Assembly (NCBI RefSeq): GCF_009914755.1
Contig: NC_060935.1
DNA length: 64,000 bases
Source of the DNA: the human T2T-CHM13v2.0 reference genome, Homo sapiens
Strand: one strand, 5' to 3'
The notes under the pieces are model-generated. The model searched no databases, was not told where the DNA came from, and saw nothing but the letters and a program-made list of their open reading frames with translations. Below, one piece after another: positions 16,378-34,076 of this stretch. Position 1 is the first letter of the stretch. The number at the start of each line of letters is the position of its first letter. Both the position numbers and the translations under genes were made by a program.

Positions 16378-18365
16378 ATCTCTCTCCCCCACATGCACAC
16401 ACCAAGGAAAGGCCATGTGAACATATAGTGAGAAAGTGGCTGTCTGCAAGCCATCAAGAGGGCCTCACTAGAACCTAACCATGCTAGCACATTGATCTTG
16501 GAGTTCCAGCCTCCAGAACTGTGAAAAAATAAGTGTTATTTAAGCCACCCAATCTTCGGTATTTTATTATAGCAGTCCATGCTGACTAAGATAGAAATTG
16601 ATACCAAGAAGTGAGGTGCACTGTAACAAAGAGCTAGAAGTGTGGAAGCAGCTTTGGAACTGGGTAATGGGTAGAGGTTGGAAGAGTTTTTGGGTGTCTG
16701 CTAGAAAAGGCCAAGATGGCTGTGAAGAGAGTGCTACAGTTGATTCTGGTGAGGACTCAGAAAGAAAAGGAGAACTATAGAAAAAGTGTCCATCTTCTAA
16801 GAGAGCACATAAATAATCATGAACATAATGTTGGTAGAACTATGGATGATAAAGGCCATTCTGGTGAGGCCTCAGATGGAAATGAAGAACCTATTATTGG
16901 ACAATGGACAAAGGATGATCCTAGTTATAAAGTGGCAGAGAACTTGGCTGAATTGTGTTTGTGTTCTAATGTTTTGTGAAAGGTAGAACTTATGAGCAAT
17001 GAAACTGGATATTTAGCCAAAGAGATTTTTAAGCAAAATGTTGAACATGCAGCTTAGTTATTCCTGACTGCTTATCATAAAACAAAGGAAAAGATATAAA
17101 TTGAAGAAGGAATTGTTAAGAAGAAAAGGACCAGAACTTAAAGATTTGTAAAATTCTCAGTCTATCCATATTGCAGAGAATACCAAGAGTGGGGCTGAAC
17201 AACTGTTTGATAAGGAGATTAGTATGAGTGTGAGCCACAGACATCATCAACCACCTAAGGGTAAACACTGCCAGTTATAACTGAAGAGAATGCAGATGGG
17301 ATAAAATGGAAGAAAGCTATTGGACTTCTTAGGTCCTACAGAACTGTATCGTAAGGCTATATGGATGTGAATAAGCACTGATCTTTGAGACAAGGGAAAA
17401 ACAACCCCGAAGATGATTCAGAAATCATCAGACATCTCTGATGTTTCAGTTTCAATATGGTAGGGCCATTGCCTCAATTTCAACAGGCCAGAGGGCAGCC
17501 ACCTAGAACTGTGGAGGCAGGCTCCCTGAGCCTTGGTTACCCAACCTCCATCTAGCAGAGTCCTGAGGGTGCAACCCTCCACAAAGCATTACTGTAGAAG
17601 TGGGACTGCATCCCCAGTGGGTCCAAAAGGCAAAGCATCAAACCAGAGAGGATTATCCTGGAGCCTTGAGATCTAGTGGAATTTGTCAAGATAGGTTTGG
17701 GACTTGCTTGGAACTTGTTCCTTTTTTCCTTCCAATTTCTCTCTTTTGGAATAGAAATGTCTATTTTATACTTGTCCCACCATCGCATTTTGCAAGCACA
17801 TAATTTATCTGGATTTGAAGGTTTGCCATTAAAGAGGAATTTTCCCTCAGGATGAATGGTGACTCAAGTCTCATTGTTGTCTGATGTAGATAATGTTAGA
17901 TGAGACTTTAGAGTTGATGCTGAAACAATTAAGACATTTGGGACTGTTGGGATGGAATCAATGTATTTTGCACGTGAGAAAGGCATGAATTTTGGGGAGC
18001 CCAGGTAGAATGTTATAGACTAAATGTTTGTGTTCCCCCCAAACTCATATACTGAAGCCTTAACTCCCAATGTGAGTTATTAGGAGGTGGTGCATTTGGG
18101 AGGTAATTCGGTTTGTATGAGATTATGAGGGTGGAATCCACATGATGGGACTAACGCCCTTATAAGAGAAAGACACATCAGAGCTTCCTCTTCCTGCCAT
18201 GTGAGGATACAGCAAGAAGGTGGCCATCTACAGCCCATAAAGAATGCCTTTCCCCAAGAACCAAATCTGCTGGAACCTTGATCTTGGGCTTTCCAACCTT
18301 TAGACCTATGAGAAATAAATGTCTGTAGTTGAAGCCACCCAGCCTATTGTATTTTGTTATGAAGT
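16171..18365 (+). mobile_element. MaLR provirus (MLT1A/MSTD-like): 5' LTR 16171-16592, internal 16593-18010, 3' LTR 18011-~18365; (CT)n tract at ~16330-16386
   Basis: LTR starts tgctatggactgaa and tgttatagactaaat; internal starts gaaattgataccaagaagt...gcagctttggaactgggtaa; purine tract ttttggggagcccaggtagaa. Confidence 0.85.
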
Positions 18366-20239
18366 ATGGCTTCAAAGTAGTTACAATAATAGGATATTGA
18401 ATATCTACCATTAAGGGAAGCCCAAAAGTGTGAGAACTCTATGTTCAGTTCAATCAGAGAGTTCAATTATTTTATCAAGGCTTGAAGTTCTTTCTTTCCC
18501 TCTACTCAGCAATCCTCAGTATCAGTTTCATCCTGAAAGTGATCTCTAATTACTTCAAGTTAACCATCTTTGGACATTAGAACTTCACACTTTCTTGTTT
18601 ATACTGAACAGAAAAGAGAAAGAAAGACCTCTCCCACACTCATGGAATATATGTCCTTTTCTACAATCTGAATTGTCAAAATAAGTCATGTATCAACCCT
18701 GATCCAATAGTAGTCTTCAAAGGAAGGTCTTATGTTAAATAGGTTAAATAGCTTAAACTAATCAGGTTCTACCTCCTCTGCAGTGGAGTCAGCTTTCCCA
18801 GGACTAGAAGGCTGAGGTGGATATCTGAACTTAGGTTCTGTCAGAAAAGAGGAAAAGGGGAATAAATACCAGGTGGGTAACAACATTATCCACTGCACAG
18901 TGGTATATCTAACTCTAATCAAGGTTCAGTTTTATGTATGAATTCAAGTTCTGGGATTCATTAAGGTCCCCAGTTTGTGGAAGATACTGAATAACTTTCA
19001 AAAGAACAATAACTGCCTAAAAATGTTTACATATATTAATGTATCAATGAAAAGCCATCAGATTTCACATACCATGACTTAGAATATAATTATATTCTTG
19101 CAAAGATGACTTCAAGTTATAAATAAACTTCTAAAGCCAAAAGCATTGTCATTTTCAACTGAAAACCAAAAGAAGTCTAAAGTTTTATAGTAAATTATTT
19201 ACTACTTTTAGCACTTTGACCATAGATTTTCAGTTAACTTTCTCCAGGTTATCAGAAAGTTCATGCATAAACTTTTTTTCCTGTTTCCTCAGGGCAGTCT
19301 AACCTTGCTTCTATCCAACTACAGAGAATAGTAAAGAATAACCATTATTAATGGGCTCTTGAAATCCCAATCTCTATCCAGAAGGTAAGGAATATTATTT
19401 ATGAGTTCTCCCATAATCACTGATGACCTCAATCAGAATTTGAACCAAATCTTTTACAGATTTGGTCTCTAGTAGATAACACATCTCTACAATAAAAGTC
19501 AAAAGTTTAAAAATAACCCAAGCAAACTAGGTTAAAATATAATAGCAGTCATTTAGCACTGACCCCTTAGATAGAGCTCTTGAGGCTTCTGCTCATAGAA
19601 ATTATGAGTACTTTGATAATCTTCATGTTTTTTCTCATCTTTCTGTTTATACAAGTTCCTCTAATTATGAACTGGTACACCTCTCTCTTCATTCATTATC
19701 ATATTTAAATTTAATTGAAAAAGTAATATCCTTACAATTTATAAATGGTCTTTTGACAGTACTTTACTACAGTAAAGCAATTTCCTGACTTTCGTTAATG
19801 ACTAGACTGATATCTTTTTAAAACTGAACAATGGATCATTAAAATTATTATTCACCATCTGGGTCTCCTTGAAAGCTTGTTTGAGGCCAAGCTGTTATTT
19901 CTACTGAAGAAAAGAAAACGGACCAAGCTAGGAGTACCCAATAGGCCTATAACATATACTTATAAAATTTTTTCTCAGATAGGGCATGTACTTGATTAGC
20001 CTCTAGCAGTCAAAAATGCAAGAAATACAGATAAATACTTAGCAATTTACAGTTCTAAGTCTTAGGAACAAAGCAATAGGGACTATCCAAAAGGTGAATC
20101 AAAGGCCGACTACATCTGACACACAACTGTTGAAAAGTAATTTTAAACCATCAAACAGACAGTGTTTTGAACACAACTAGTCACTGAGTTATTCTGTGAC
20201 CCCATGTGGCTATTTTCCCAGGATGTTGTCAAAGCAGAG

Positions 20240-20460
20240 TCTGGAGAAGTCTCCCTACTCTTGAATCCCAGCTCTGAAGCTTAATAGCTGTGTAACCTTG
20301 AACAAATCACTTGACCTCTCTATTCATCACTTTCCTCATCTGCAAAATAGAGATAATAATTATAATGTCATCTTCATGGTCATTTATAAGTGTTAAACGA
20401 AGGGATGTATGTAAGGCATGTAGAACATTTTGCACACTCTAAGCCCTTCTACCTGTCATC
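20240..20460 (+). mobile_element. MIR SINE
   Basis: ttgaatcccagctctg...agctgtgtaaccttgaacaaatcacttgacctctct...tttcctcatctgcaaaatag core. Confidence 0.75.
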
Positions 20461-21379
20461 TATTATGATCAATTTTTAAAAAGAAGCATATGAGTTATAT
20501 ATCAAATGAAGTCATTTTCAAACTGGTTTTATTTCAGGAAGACTATCTCAATATCTATAAAAGTATTTAATGCACTAATGGATTATATTAATAAAAATCA
20601 GGGTCATTCATTACTTTATTCAATAAATATTTATTGAGCATCTACCATGTGTCAGGCAATATTTTGGGTGCTAGGGACACAACAGTGAATAAAAGAAGAA
20701 AAGAAATCCCTGTCATCATAGAGCTTACAATCAGTCAACCAGTAATAAAAATAAGTAAATTATATAATATAGAAAATGATATATATTATGTATAAAAATA
20801 AATGGGGAAGGAGACAGGAAGAGTCAAGGAAAGGGTAGAGGGTATAGTTTTAAGTAGGGTGGTCAGGGGAGGACTCACTAAGAAGGTAACTTTTGAGCAA
20901 AGACTTGAAGAAGGTGAGGGAGAAAGCCACGAGAAAGCCAGGAGTAGAGTATTCCAGGTAGGTTGAAATGTCAGTGCAGTCACGCTAGGCTCAGGAATAG
21001 CAGAAGTCAGTTTGGCTGGAGGATAATGGAGATGAGGAAATAAGGTTAAAGACAAAATGGGGACCACATCATAGGAACTGGTAGGTCATAATGAGAACTT
21101 GGCTTTTTCTACTAAGTGACATAGAAAGTCATTGAATGGTTTTGGGGGGAGGAGCCAAGATGGCCGAATAGGAACAGCTGTGGTCTACAGCTCCCAGCGT
21201 CAGCGAAGCAGAAGACGGGTGATTTCTGCATTTCCATCTGAGGGACCGGGTTCATCTCACTAGGGAGTGCCAGACAGTGGGCGCGAGTCAGTGGGTGTGC
21301 GCACCGTGCGTGAGCCGAAGCAGGGCGAGGCATTGCCTCACCTGGGAAGTGCAAGGGGTCAGGGAGTTTCCTTTCCGAG

Positions 21380-21595
21380 TCAAAGAAAGGGGTGATGGTC
21401 ACACCTGCAAAATCGGGTCACTCCCACCCGAATATTGCGCTTTTCGGACCGGCTTAAAAAACTGCGCACCATGAGATTATTTCCCGCACCTGGCTCAGAA
21501 GGTCCTATGCCCACGGAGTCTCGCTGATTGCTAGCACAGCAGTCTGAGATCAAACTGCAAGACGGCAGCGAGGCTGGGGGAGGGGCGCCCGCCAT
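21380..21595 (-). CDS. L1 antisense ORF0 (71 aa, open) of L1-A
   Basis: MAGAPPPASLPSCSLISDCCASNQRDSV...HPFL matches the primate L1 ORF0 pattern. Confidence 0.8.
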   Translation of the reverse strand: MAGAPPPASLPSCSLISDCCASNQRDSVGIGPSEPGAGNNLMVRSFLSRSEKRNIRVGVTRFCRCDHHPFL

Positions 21596-22050
21596 TTCCC
21601 AGGCTTGCTTAGGTAAACAAAGCAGCCAGGAAGCTCCAACTGGGTGGAGCCCACCACAGCTCAAGGAGGCCAGCCTGCCTCTGTAGGCTCCACCTCTGGG
21701 GGCAGGGCACAGACAAACAAAAAGACAGCAGTATCCTCTGCAGACTTAAATGTCCCTGTCTGACAGCTTTGAAGAGAGCAGTGGTTCTCCCAGCACGCAG
21801 CTGGAGATCTGAGAACGGGCAGACTGCCTCCTCAAGTGGGTCCCTGACCCCTGACCCCCAAGCAGCCTAACTGGGAGGCACCCCCCAGCAGGGGCACACT
21901 GACACCTCACACGGCAGGGTATTCCAACAGACCTGCAGCTGAGGGTCCTGTCTGTTAGAAGGAAAACTAACAAACAGAAAGGACATCCACACCAAAAACC
22001 CATCTGTACATCACCATCATCAAAGACCAAAAGTAGATAAAACCACAAAG

Positions 22051-23062
22051 ATGGGGAAAAAACAGAACAGAAAAACTGGAAACTCTAAAATGCAGAGCGC
22101 CTCTCCTCCTCCAAAGGAACGCAGTTCCTCACCAGCAACGGAACAAAGCTGGATGGAGAATGACTTTGACGAGCTGAGAGAAGAAGGCTTCAGACGATCA
22201 AATTACTCTGAGCTACGGGAGGACATTCAAACCAAAGGCAAAGAAGTTGAAAACTTTGAAAAAAATTTAGAAGAATGTATAACTAGAATAACCAATACAG
22301 AGAAGTGCTTAAAGGAGCTGATGGAGCTGAAAACCAAGGCTCGAGAACTACGTGAAGAATGCAGAAGCCTCAGGAGCCGATGCGATCAACTGGAAGAAAG
22401 GGTATCAGCGATGGAAGATGAAATAAATGAAGCGAGAAGGGAAGTTTAGAGAAAAAAGAATAAAAAGAAATGAGCAAAGCCTCCAAGAAATATGGGACTA
22501 TGTGAAAAGACCAAATCTACGTCTGATTGGTGTACCTGAAAGTGATGCGGAGAATGGAACCAAGTTGGAAAACACTCTGCAGGATATTATCCAGGAGAAC
22601 TTCCCCAATCTAGCAAGGCAGGCCAACGTTCAGATTCAGGAAATACAGAGAACACCACAAAGATATTCCTCAAGAAGAGCAACTCCAAGACACATAATTG
22701 TCAGATTCACCAAAGTTGAAATGAAGGAAAAAATGTTAAGGGCAGCCAGAGAGAAAGGTCGGGTTACCCTCAACGGGAAGCGCATCAGACTAACAGCAGA
22801 TCTCTCAGCAGAAACCCTACAAGCCAGAAGAGAGTGGGGGCCAATATTCAACATTCTTAAAGAAAAGAATTTTCAACCCAGAATTTCATATCCAGCCAAA
22901 CTAAGCTTCATAAGTGAAGGAGAAATAAAATACTTTACAGACAAGCAAATGCTGAGAGATTTTGTCACCACCAAGCCTGCCCTAAAAGAGCTCCTGAAGG
23001 AAGCGCTAAACATGGAAAGGAACAACCGGTACCAGCAGCTGCAAAATCATGCCAAAATATAA
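22051..23062 (+). pseudogene. L1-A ORF1, frameshifted
   Basis: MGKKQNRKTGNSK...; about 5 bp missing at ~22423 relative to L1-B (gaaataaatgaag vs gaaatgaatgaaatgaag) splits it into 132 and 211 aa. Confidence 0.92.
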
Positions 23063-23125
23063 AGACCATCGAGACTAGGAAGAAACTGCATCAACTAATG
23101 AGCAAAATAACCAGCTAACATCATA

Positions 23126-26957
<3,832 letters not shown>

Positions 26958-27161
26958 ACAATGAGATCACATGGACACAGGAAGGGGAATATCACACTCT
27001 GGGGACTGTGGTGGGGTGGGGGGAGGGGGGAGGGATAGCATTGGGAGATATACCTAATGCTAGATGACGAGTTAGTGGGTGCAGCGCACCAGCATGGCAC
27101 ATGTATACATATGTAACTAACCTGCACAATGTGCACATGTACCCTAAAACTTAAAGTATAA

Positions 27162-27204
<43 letters not shown>

Positions 27205-28429
27205 AAAAGAAAGTCATTGAATGGTTTTTAGTAGCAGAGTAGTATGATCTGACTCACACTTTAAAAGGATTTTTCTTTGCTTTGTAAAGGATAGACTGCA
27301 GAGAGGCAAAGGTGAAATCAGGGAAAGTCGTTAGGCAATTAGTTAGGGTTTTGCACTATTTCAGGAAAAAGATCATGGTGGCTCTCATCAGAATGATAGC
27401 CATGGAGGTGGGAAAATAGGGGAGAGTCATAAGGATCTCCAGAGGGATTGGATATGGGGTATGAGATGAAGAGAGGCATCAAGCATGACTCCAAGGTTTT
27501 GTCCTGAGCAACTGGAAGGATGAATTTGTCATTGGCTGAGATGGAGAAAGTTATACCTACAGCAGGTTTGGGGGAGTGGAGGAAAAAATCAGCTGTTCAG
27601 TTTTGGCTGTGTTCAATTCAAAATGTCTAGTAGACATCCAAGTAGATATAGTAAAGAGACAGTTTGATATATGATTCTGGTATGTTCAGGGGGAAAAGTC
27701 TATACCAGAGATATAAATTCGGTAGACGTCAGATGTGATATCTAAAACCAGAGAGTGAATATAGATAGAGAAGAGGACCAAGGACAGAGCCCTGGAGTAC
27801 TCCAACACGGATAGGTCAGTGAGAAGAGGAGGAGCCAGCAAAGGAGACCAAGAAGGAACAACAGGCAAGGTGTGAGGAAAGCCATGAAAATTTGATTCTC
27901 AGAAGATATGCAAAGAAATTCTATTGAAGAAAAAGGCACAAACAATTATATGAATCCTGCTAATGGGTCAGATAAGATGAAGACTAATCCCTGGCCATTG
28001 GATTCAACAAGGTGGAGGTCATTTGTGATCACAAGAGCAGTATTGATGGTTTTTGTTTCTGTGGGGGCAGAAGCGTGATATAAGAGAGTTGAAAAAAGAA
28101 CTGGAGGAAAGGAATGAAAGGTGACGATTGTAGACTGATCCTGCAAGGAGTTAATTATTAATTACAAATTTTCAAAATAACTCTAGAAGGTAAGTTTGTG
28201 TGCACTCCTTTTACAGATGATAAGACTAAGGTTGAGAAAGAATAAAGATTTAGCCCAAAATGAAAATGCTAGCAAAAGGAAGAACTACGACCTAAGCACA
28301 AATGTCTGACTCCAAAGATAAAGTTCTTCATTGTCCCATGCTTTTGGTAAACATGCGTTGAGTCCCTACAATGTATACATACTACATGAGAGTACCAATA
28401 CGTGTTTATCTGAACTATGATTTAGATCA

Positions 28430-28590
28430 CATTTCTCAGAATCATCCAAGGATGACTTGCATCAGAATTAACTAGCTGGCATCTTAAAAATTCAGATTCC
28501 TGAACCTCATCCGGGATTCATTGAATCAAAATCTCTGGGGATTTTAGCACTCCAAGAAATTCATATGTGAACCAAAGTTTCAGTTGTTCA
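28430..28590. mobile_element. MER5-like hAT fossil
   Basis: tgcatcagaatt...aaaattcagattcctgaacctcatcc...tgaatcaaaatctctgggg. Confidence 0.6.
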
Positions 28591-31039
28591 TCTAATAAAA
28601 TACGATGTTTCTTTCTAAGAATACATTAAATATATGCATTTTTAAATTTCTCCACCTTCTTTTCTTTTAATCTCATTTGCATCAAAGAAAATTTATTTGG
28701 TAACTTCCCAGCAAATATTCAATGTCCTTTTTGATAACAATTTTCATAACCAAATAAATTTGCCTAGAATAACAAACCCTACTTTTTTCTTTCTAAACTT
28801 CTCAGCATAAGTTTTCAGAATTTCGGATTATCTCACATGTTGTTATTTTTCCCTTATGATGGGGTTTTATTTAATGGCAACTAAATTAAGAAAGAACCTG
28901 CTCTTCAAATAGAATTGCTGTGTTTCACAGAGGATACGACTTGGGTTTTTAACTCAGAAGGATGGAATTGCATTGCATTGCAGAGTATTTCTCTGTGAAG
29001 GGAAAATGTACCTATTCATTGTATGCTTCAGATCATTCTCAATTTTTGCTGTTGATTGAGACAGTAGTTCCACCAGCGTTTCTGAAAATCACCCTATTGT
29101 AGACACTTGATCTCTCTTTTTTAATAATTCAGGAAATCGGTTTGCTGCACCTATTCAGAGAATGCTTTATTTTGTACCAGTTCTTTGCTTTCTATCCAGA
29201 AACAGCTGCTCCATCTCCTGTGACACAGGATGTAATAAAATGGAGTAAATGGAGTAGAGTATTTTGATAGATTAATCACTGTGGGGTATGCAGCGTTCAC
29301 AGCACTCATGGTGAAAGTGAAGAGATTATACTGGAATGACATCTGTTTTCTTCCATGTAAATTGCTAGACTTTGAATCTGCTGTTATTTAGCAGATGTGT
29401 AGATTTAATTATTAGGATTGCATAACCACTGGGGAAACCATGGGATTTTATTGATAGCTTTCCACCTACGGTAATTGCAGAATAAGTGAACTGCCTTTGT
29501 CTCCTTTGTGGAAATAAAACTAAAAAAGTTAAATCATAAGGGATGTGTTTCTTTTTCCTAAGGTGCATACAAACTAGTTGTGTTGATGCCTATGTATTAA
29601 TAAAATTTCAACAAATGCATGTAACAGTTCAACAATTATTTTCTTCACAGGCTGCAGCTAAAGACTTATTTTCAGTAAAATATTTCAGAAATCCTTATTG
29701 GTCCACATCTGCAAAACTGAGATTGCTAAGACTTTCATAGGGTTATCTACAGTTTGGGTTTAAAAAGCCCTTGGAGATTATCGGCTCCTATGTATTCATT
29801 TTATGCTTGAGGAAACTGATGAAAGAAATATAGTATCTACTAAGCAAATGCCAACTTATTCCTCAATTTCCTGGCCCCCATTCCAGCACTCAGAGCAGAG
29901 TTCATTGAGAGGAGAGAGGCCCAAATCTGTTCATAGGTTCATTTGAGTACTGTGAGACTCGGCCTTCTCAGCCTCTGCGGTTTTACCCTTGTGTGATAAC
30001 AGAAATAGCTTGAAGAGAAATGGGAGTTATTTGACAAAGTTACAGAGAGATTGTTGCTCCAGATGTCAAAGAAAAACAAAATTCAACAGTCTAGGTCTCT
30101 GGGATCTGGTCCTGCGTGTGCCACTAGTGTAATTTGGGGCCTTGACCATGTCTATTTCCTCATCTGTGCAGGGACTGGTTAGCCTGAGAAGCCACAACAA
30201 GAGTTAAAATCCAGTCCAGTGACTCTAGAATTCTACAATGCTTTCTTCTTTTTGCAAAATGCTCTTGAACCTGATATATAAAGCAAAGTGCTGGATGAGA
30301 AACTTCACTGTCCAAAAAAGGTGAATCCAGAGATCAACTCTTTCAGAAGTTCTGTGTTGTTCTGTTTGAAAAAGAAATTATATACGTTGGTGAGTTCTAA
30401 TCAAACTCAGGAATTAACTTCATATAGGATCTGCCTCCCCTCCTTTGTAAAGAAGTGGCTTTACATCTACAGAATATCAGATGTAGGTAATTTTGGCCAA
30501 AACAGACAAAGAAGCACATTTAAAATATGAAGTGCAAGAAATCAAAAGTTAAATCTACCAATAGCCATACAAAGTTTTTTTTCAATGTAATGAAACCATC
30601 TGAATATTTAAAAACCATCTGGATAATTACATGAAGTTTTCCATTTGGACTCAGATGTTTTGATGTCATGTGTATGGTTGAAGCAGAGCTGTGGCACTTA
30701 CCTGGTTAATTGGATATGGGGTGTCCATGATGTGGCATTAGGCAGAGCTCACAGAGAGGGCCCATGGAGTCACACATCCCTACAGATGTCACAGTGCCTC
30801 AGCTGCCTCCACTCCACTGTTACTATGACTGAACCACCTAGGGAGCTATGCCCACACCAGAAAGATGCCACATCCATCTTCCTCACACTCACTGTGACAA
30901 GCCTTCAGAACATATCACTCCCTGCCCTACCTGAGTGCTCCTTTGATGATCCCCCACCCCCCGGGCTCTTATCCCCATATAGGTCTGTATATCCCCTAAT
31001 CTGACTTGAGCTTCCACTGATATTTGACCTCTCTGACCT

Positions 31040-31925
31040 TCTACTATACCCTCTGAGAATTGCCACCTGTCATTGACAAAACACCCTTTATCCTTAATTT
31101 ATTCTCTGAATATTTCCTCTACTTCTGTCTAACTGAAATCTGGCTGTCCTCTGAGGATGCTGCTTTACATGTAGCCAACTCAAGTGGTGTCTTTCTATCC
31201 CACACAACTTGTTTCACTGGGTGTGGAGGGTATGAGGCTGCCCACCTTATTCCTCATTGGTGCTCAAGGACTGTTATCTCTGCCTCCTCCCTAAAACCCT
31301 TCAGCAATTTGGAAGCTCAAGCCATTAAGCCACACCATCACCTGTCCTTCCTTGTCATATTCATATCCACACCTCCAGCTCATTCCCCCTTGTTCCTCGA
31401 AGAACTTAGCACCTGTTTTACTGTGTCCTTCTACAGAAATATTCTTGTCAAAATTTGTTGCCATCATGGATAGGGAAGATATTCAAAATATTTAATCACT
31501 AGTATGAAACAGGTACCAACCAGTAGTTAATGACTATGTATTAGCTGACTATTCGTCTGTCATGTAGATGGTTTTTCCAGTCACCTGGCTTCTTAGTTGC
31601 CAAATCTACAGTCACCTGGCCTCTTAATTGCTAAATCTACTTCTTGTTCCTCATTTTACATGTGCCCTTATCAGAGAGGCCATTTCTGACCAGTTCATGT
31701 ATATTAACAATACCCCCCAACAATTGCCACTCTCTAATTTTTACCTTCTCTAAAGCACACATGATATATAATACATTTATGAGTTTACTTGTGTATTGCC
31801 TTTCTCTTTTAACTAGAATATAAGCTACATGAAAGCACTAACTTTGTTCTTTTCACTGGTGTTATCTCAGACCCTACATCAGTGCCCAACAAATAACTGG
31901 TACTCAGTAAATATTTGTGGAAAAG
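31040..31925 (+). mobile_element. L2 with an endonuclease remnant joined to the L2 3' end
   Basis: ORF 31060-31473 contains LTEIWL, GCGG and ISTPP (APE-like LTETWL/GGG/YRPP); ends tactcagtaaatatttgtgg. Confidence 0.65.
31578..31639. repeat. 31-bp imperfect tandem duplication
   Basis: cagtcacctggcttcttagttgccaaatcta / cagtcacctggcctcttaattgctaaatcta. Confidence 0.9.
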
Positions 31926-33124
31926 TACCTTTGGATCAAAAGTAGAAGCTTTTAGAGGTCAAACTGCAACATTATCACTTTTTGCTACTTAGGTTTTGAA
32001 TACTAAGTAGTTCTTCAAGAATTTTAAATGAATCAGAGAAAAACAGAATTCTACTAACTTTAAAAAGAGACTGCATTTAATGTAGGCATCCTAGTATGCA
32101 CAGAATTCTCAGCATCAACAGAAGACCATGTCTCTCTGTACCTGCTAAAAATACAGACACTTTAACCTCAGGAAATAAAGTGGTTCATGAAATATCAGAG
32201 GTGATATCTTGGGTCATGATATAGACAAACTTACAGAAATAACATCATTTCAACCTAAGATGCTAGGAATATATAAATGAAAAATAGGATTCGGTCAGTG
32301 GAAGCAACACTAAATTTCTGTCTCTGCCACACATAAGTTTCCTGTCTTCCAGAAAATAGCATTAGGAGAAGCACAATTCATTTTATTCATTTGGGGATTC
32401 GCCATATAAAATAGGATATATGGCATGAATTGCAGTAAGGGGGCACATTATTCTAAAATTTTCTAACAAGCAAGCCAAGTTTGTCAGGTTCCAAATTAGC
32501 ATTTAGTCATTTGTCCTATGAGGAAAATGCAAAATTATTTATTTATACCTCTTACAACTTTGCTTGGTTAAAGTTGTATCTGCATAATAGGCAGTGTGCT
32601 GGAAGGGAAAGGAAATATGCTTATGGCATCTGCCATAAAAAGAAGATATTAAAATGACAATGTTACTGATTTCTTGAATGTGGAGAATAAGTACTCCATG
32701 AAAAAATCATTCAGCAATAACAGGCTAAACTAAAGACTTTTATTAACAGAGCCTTCTCAGTTATTACACCCTGGACCAGAAGATAGTTTACATCTGACAG
32801 AAGGGTAGTCATCTCTGACTATGAGCCCAAGCAATGGCCCTGCTTCAACTAAAAGCTGGGAGCACAGTCCAGACAAGACGAGAGCAAGGACTTAACAAAA
32901 CCTTTTGACAAGTTTCCTTTCAAAGGAGAAAAGTAAAGAACAAATTCCAAGCTGACGGCAAAGTTTGAAATTTTTTTGTAATAGATTCATATTCTATATG
33001 TCAATTGTATTGTAATTTACAAATGATACCAATGACTTACTATATTAAAACAGGTTAGATAAAAATATACAGAAAAATAAATTTATTTTTATTATTTTAT
33101 ATAATTAAATACAAATACACAAAA

Positions 33125-33269
33125 AAATACATATGCCTGTAGCCCCAACTACTCAGGGGGCTGGGGCAGGAGGATCACTTGATCCCAGGAGTTTGAGACT
33201 GCAGTGAGCTATGATCTCCTCACTGATGGGGGCAACAAAGTGAGACCTCCATCTCTTAAAAAAAAAAAA
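33125..33269 (+). mobile_element. Alu monomer (FRAM or AluJ right arm)
   Basis: gcctgtagccccaactactc...ggaggatcacttgatcccaggag...gtgagctatgatc plus poly(A). Confidence 0.8.
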
Positions 33270-34032
33270 GCAGCATTAAAGAGACATTTGTAGACATAAA
33301 CATTTACAATTTTTGACAAGTTTTGCTTTAATCCCTATTTTCTTTAAGATATGCTTATTTTTCTATTCCTCCCTGGGTCTTGGAGAGTGAAATCTCTCTG
33401 CAAGTCATTAGCCTGAAGAGGGTCACATCCTCACTCCAGAACCATTCACTAGCAAAAAAGTGGGATTTCCCGTTTTAGACCAATGAGCCTACTGGCATCT
33501 CTAGCTACTATTTTTCAGTATCCTTTGATGGCAATTCTTTCTCCATCCATCTTTTAAACCCTAGAATCTCTCAAGATTCCATTATGTGTCCACTTATCGT
33601 TTAACTTTTGAGACTTCTTCTGGGTAATCTCATCTATTCCTATGAATTTTCATCTATATTTTGATAACACCCTAATATGTGTCTTCAGCCCAATCTTTTC
33701 CTGAGCTGTGGACTCACATATCCAACTACCTGTAGCTCTCTCTACTTGGATTCACCATCACTATAAAAATTCAAGCACATCCAAAGCTGAAGTCAATGTT
33801 GGGTCAGATGGTATTTCTGGTCCTAGATCCTTGAGGAATCGCAACACTGTCTTCCACAATGGTTGAACTAATTTATACTCCCACCAACAGTGTAAAAGTG
33901 TTCCTATTTCTCCAAATCTTCTGTAGCATCTGTTGTTTCCTGACTTTTTAATGATTGCTATTCTAACTGGCATGAGATAGTATCTCATTGTGGTTTTGAT
34001 TTGCATTTCTCTAAGGACCAGTGATGATGAGC

Positions 34033-34042
34033 TTTTTTTTAA

Positions 34043-34076
<34 letters not shown>

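Noticed and set aside
27001-27046. G-quadruplex-like tract
   Set aside because: Standard feature of the L1 3'UTR.
29150-29228. Possible minus-strand exon (cacag|GAGATGGAGCAG...AATAG|gtgcag)
   Set aside because: Weak donor site, stop codons and no partner exons.
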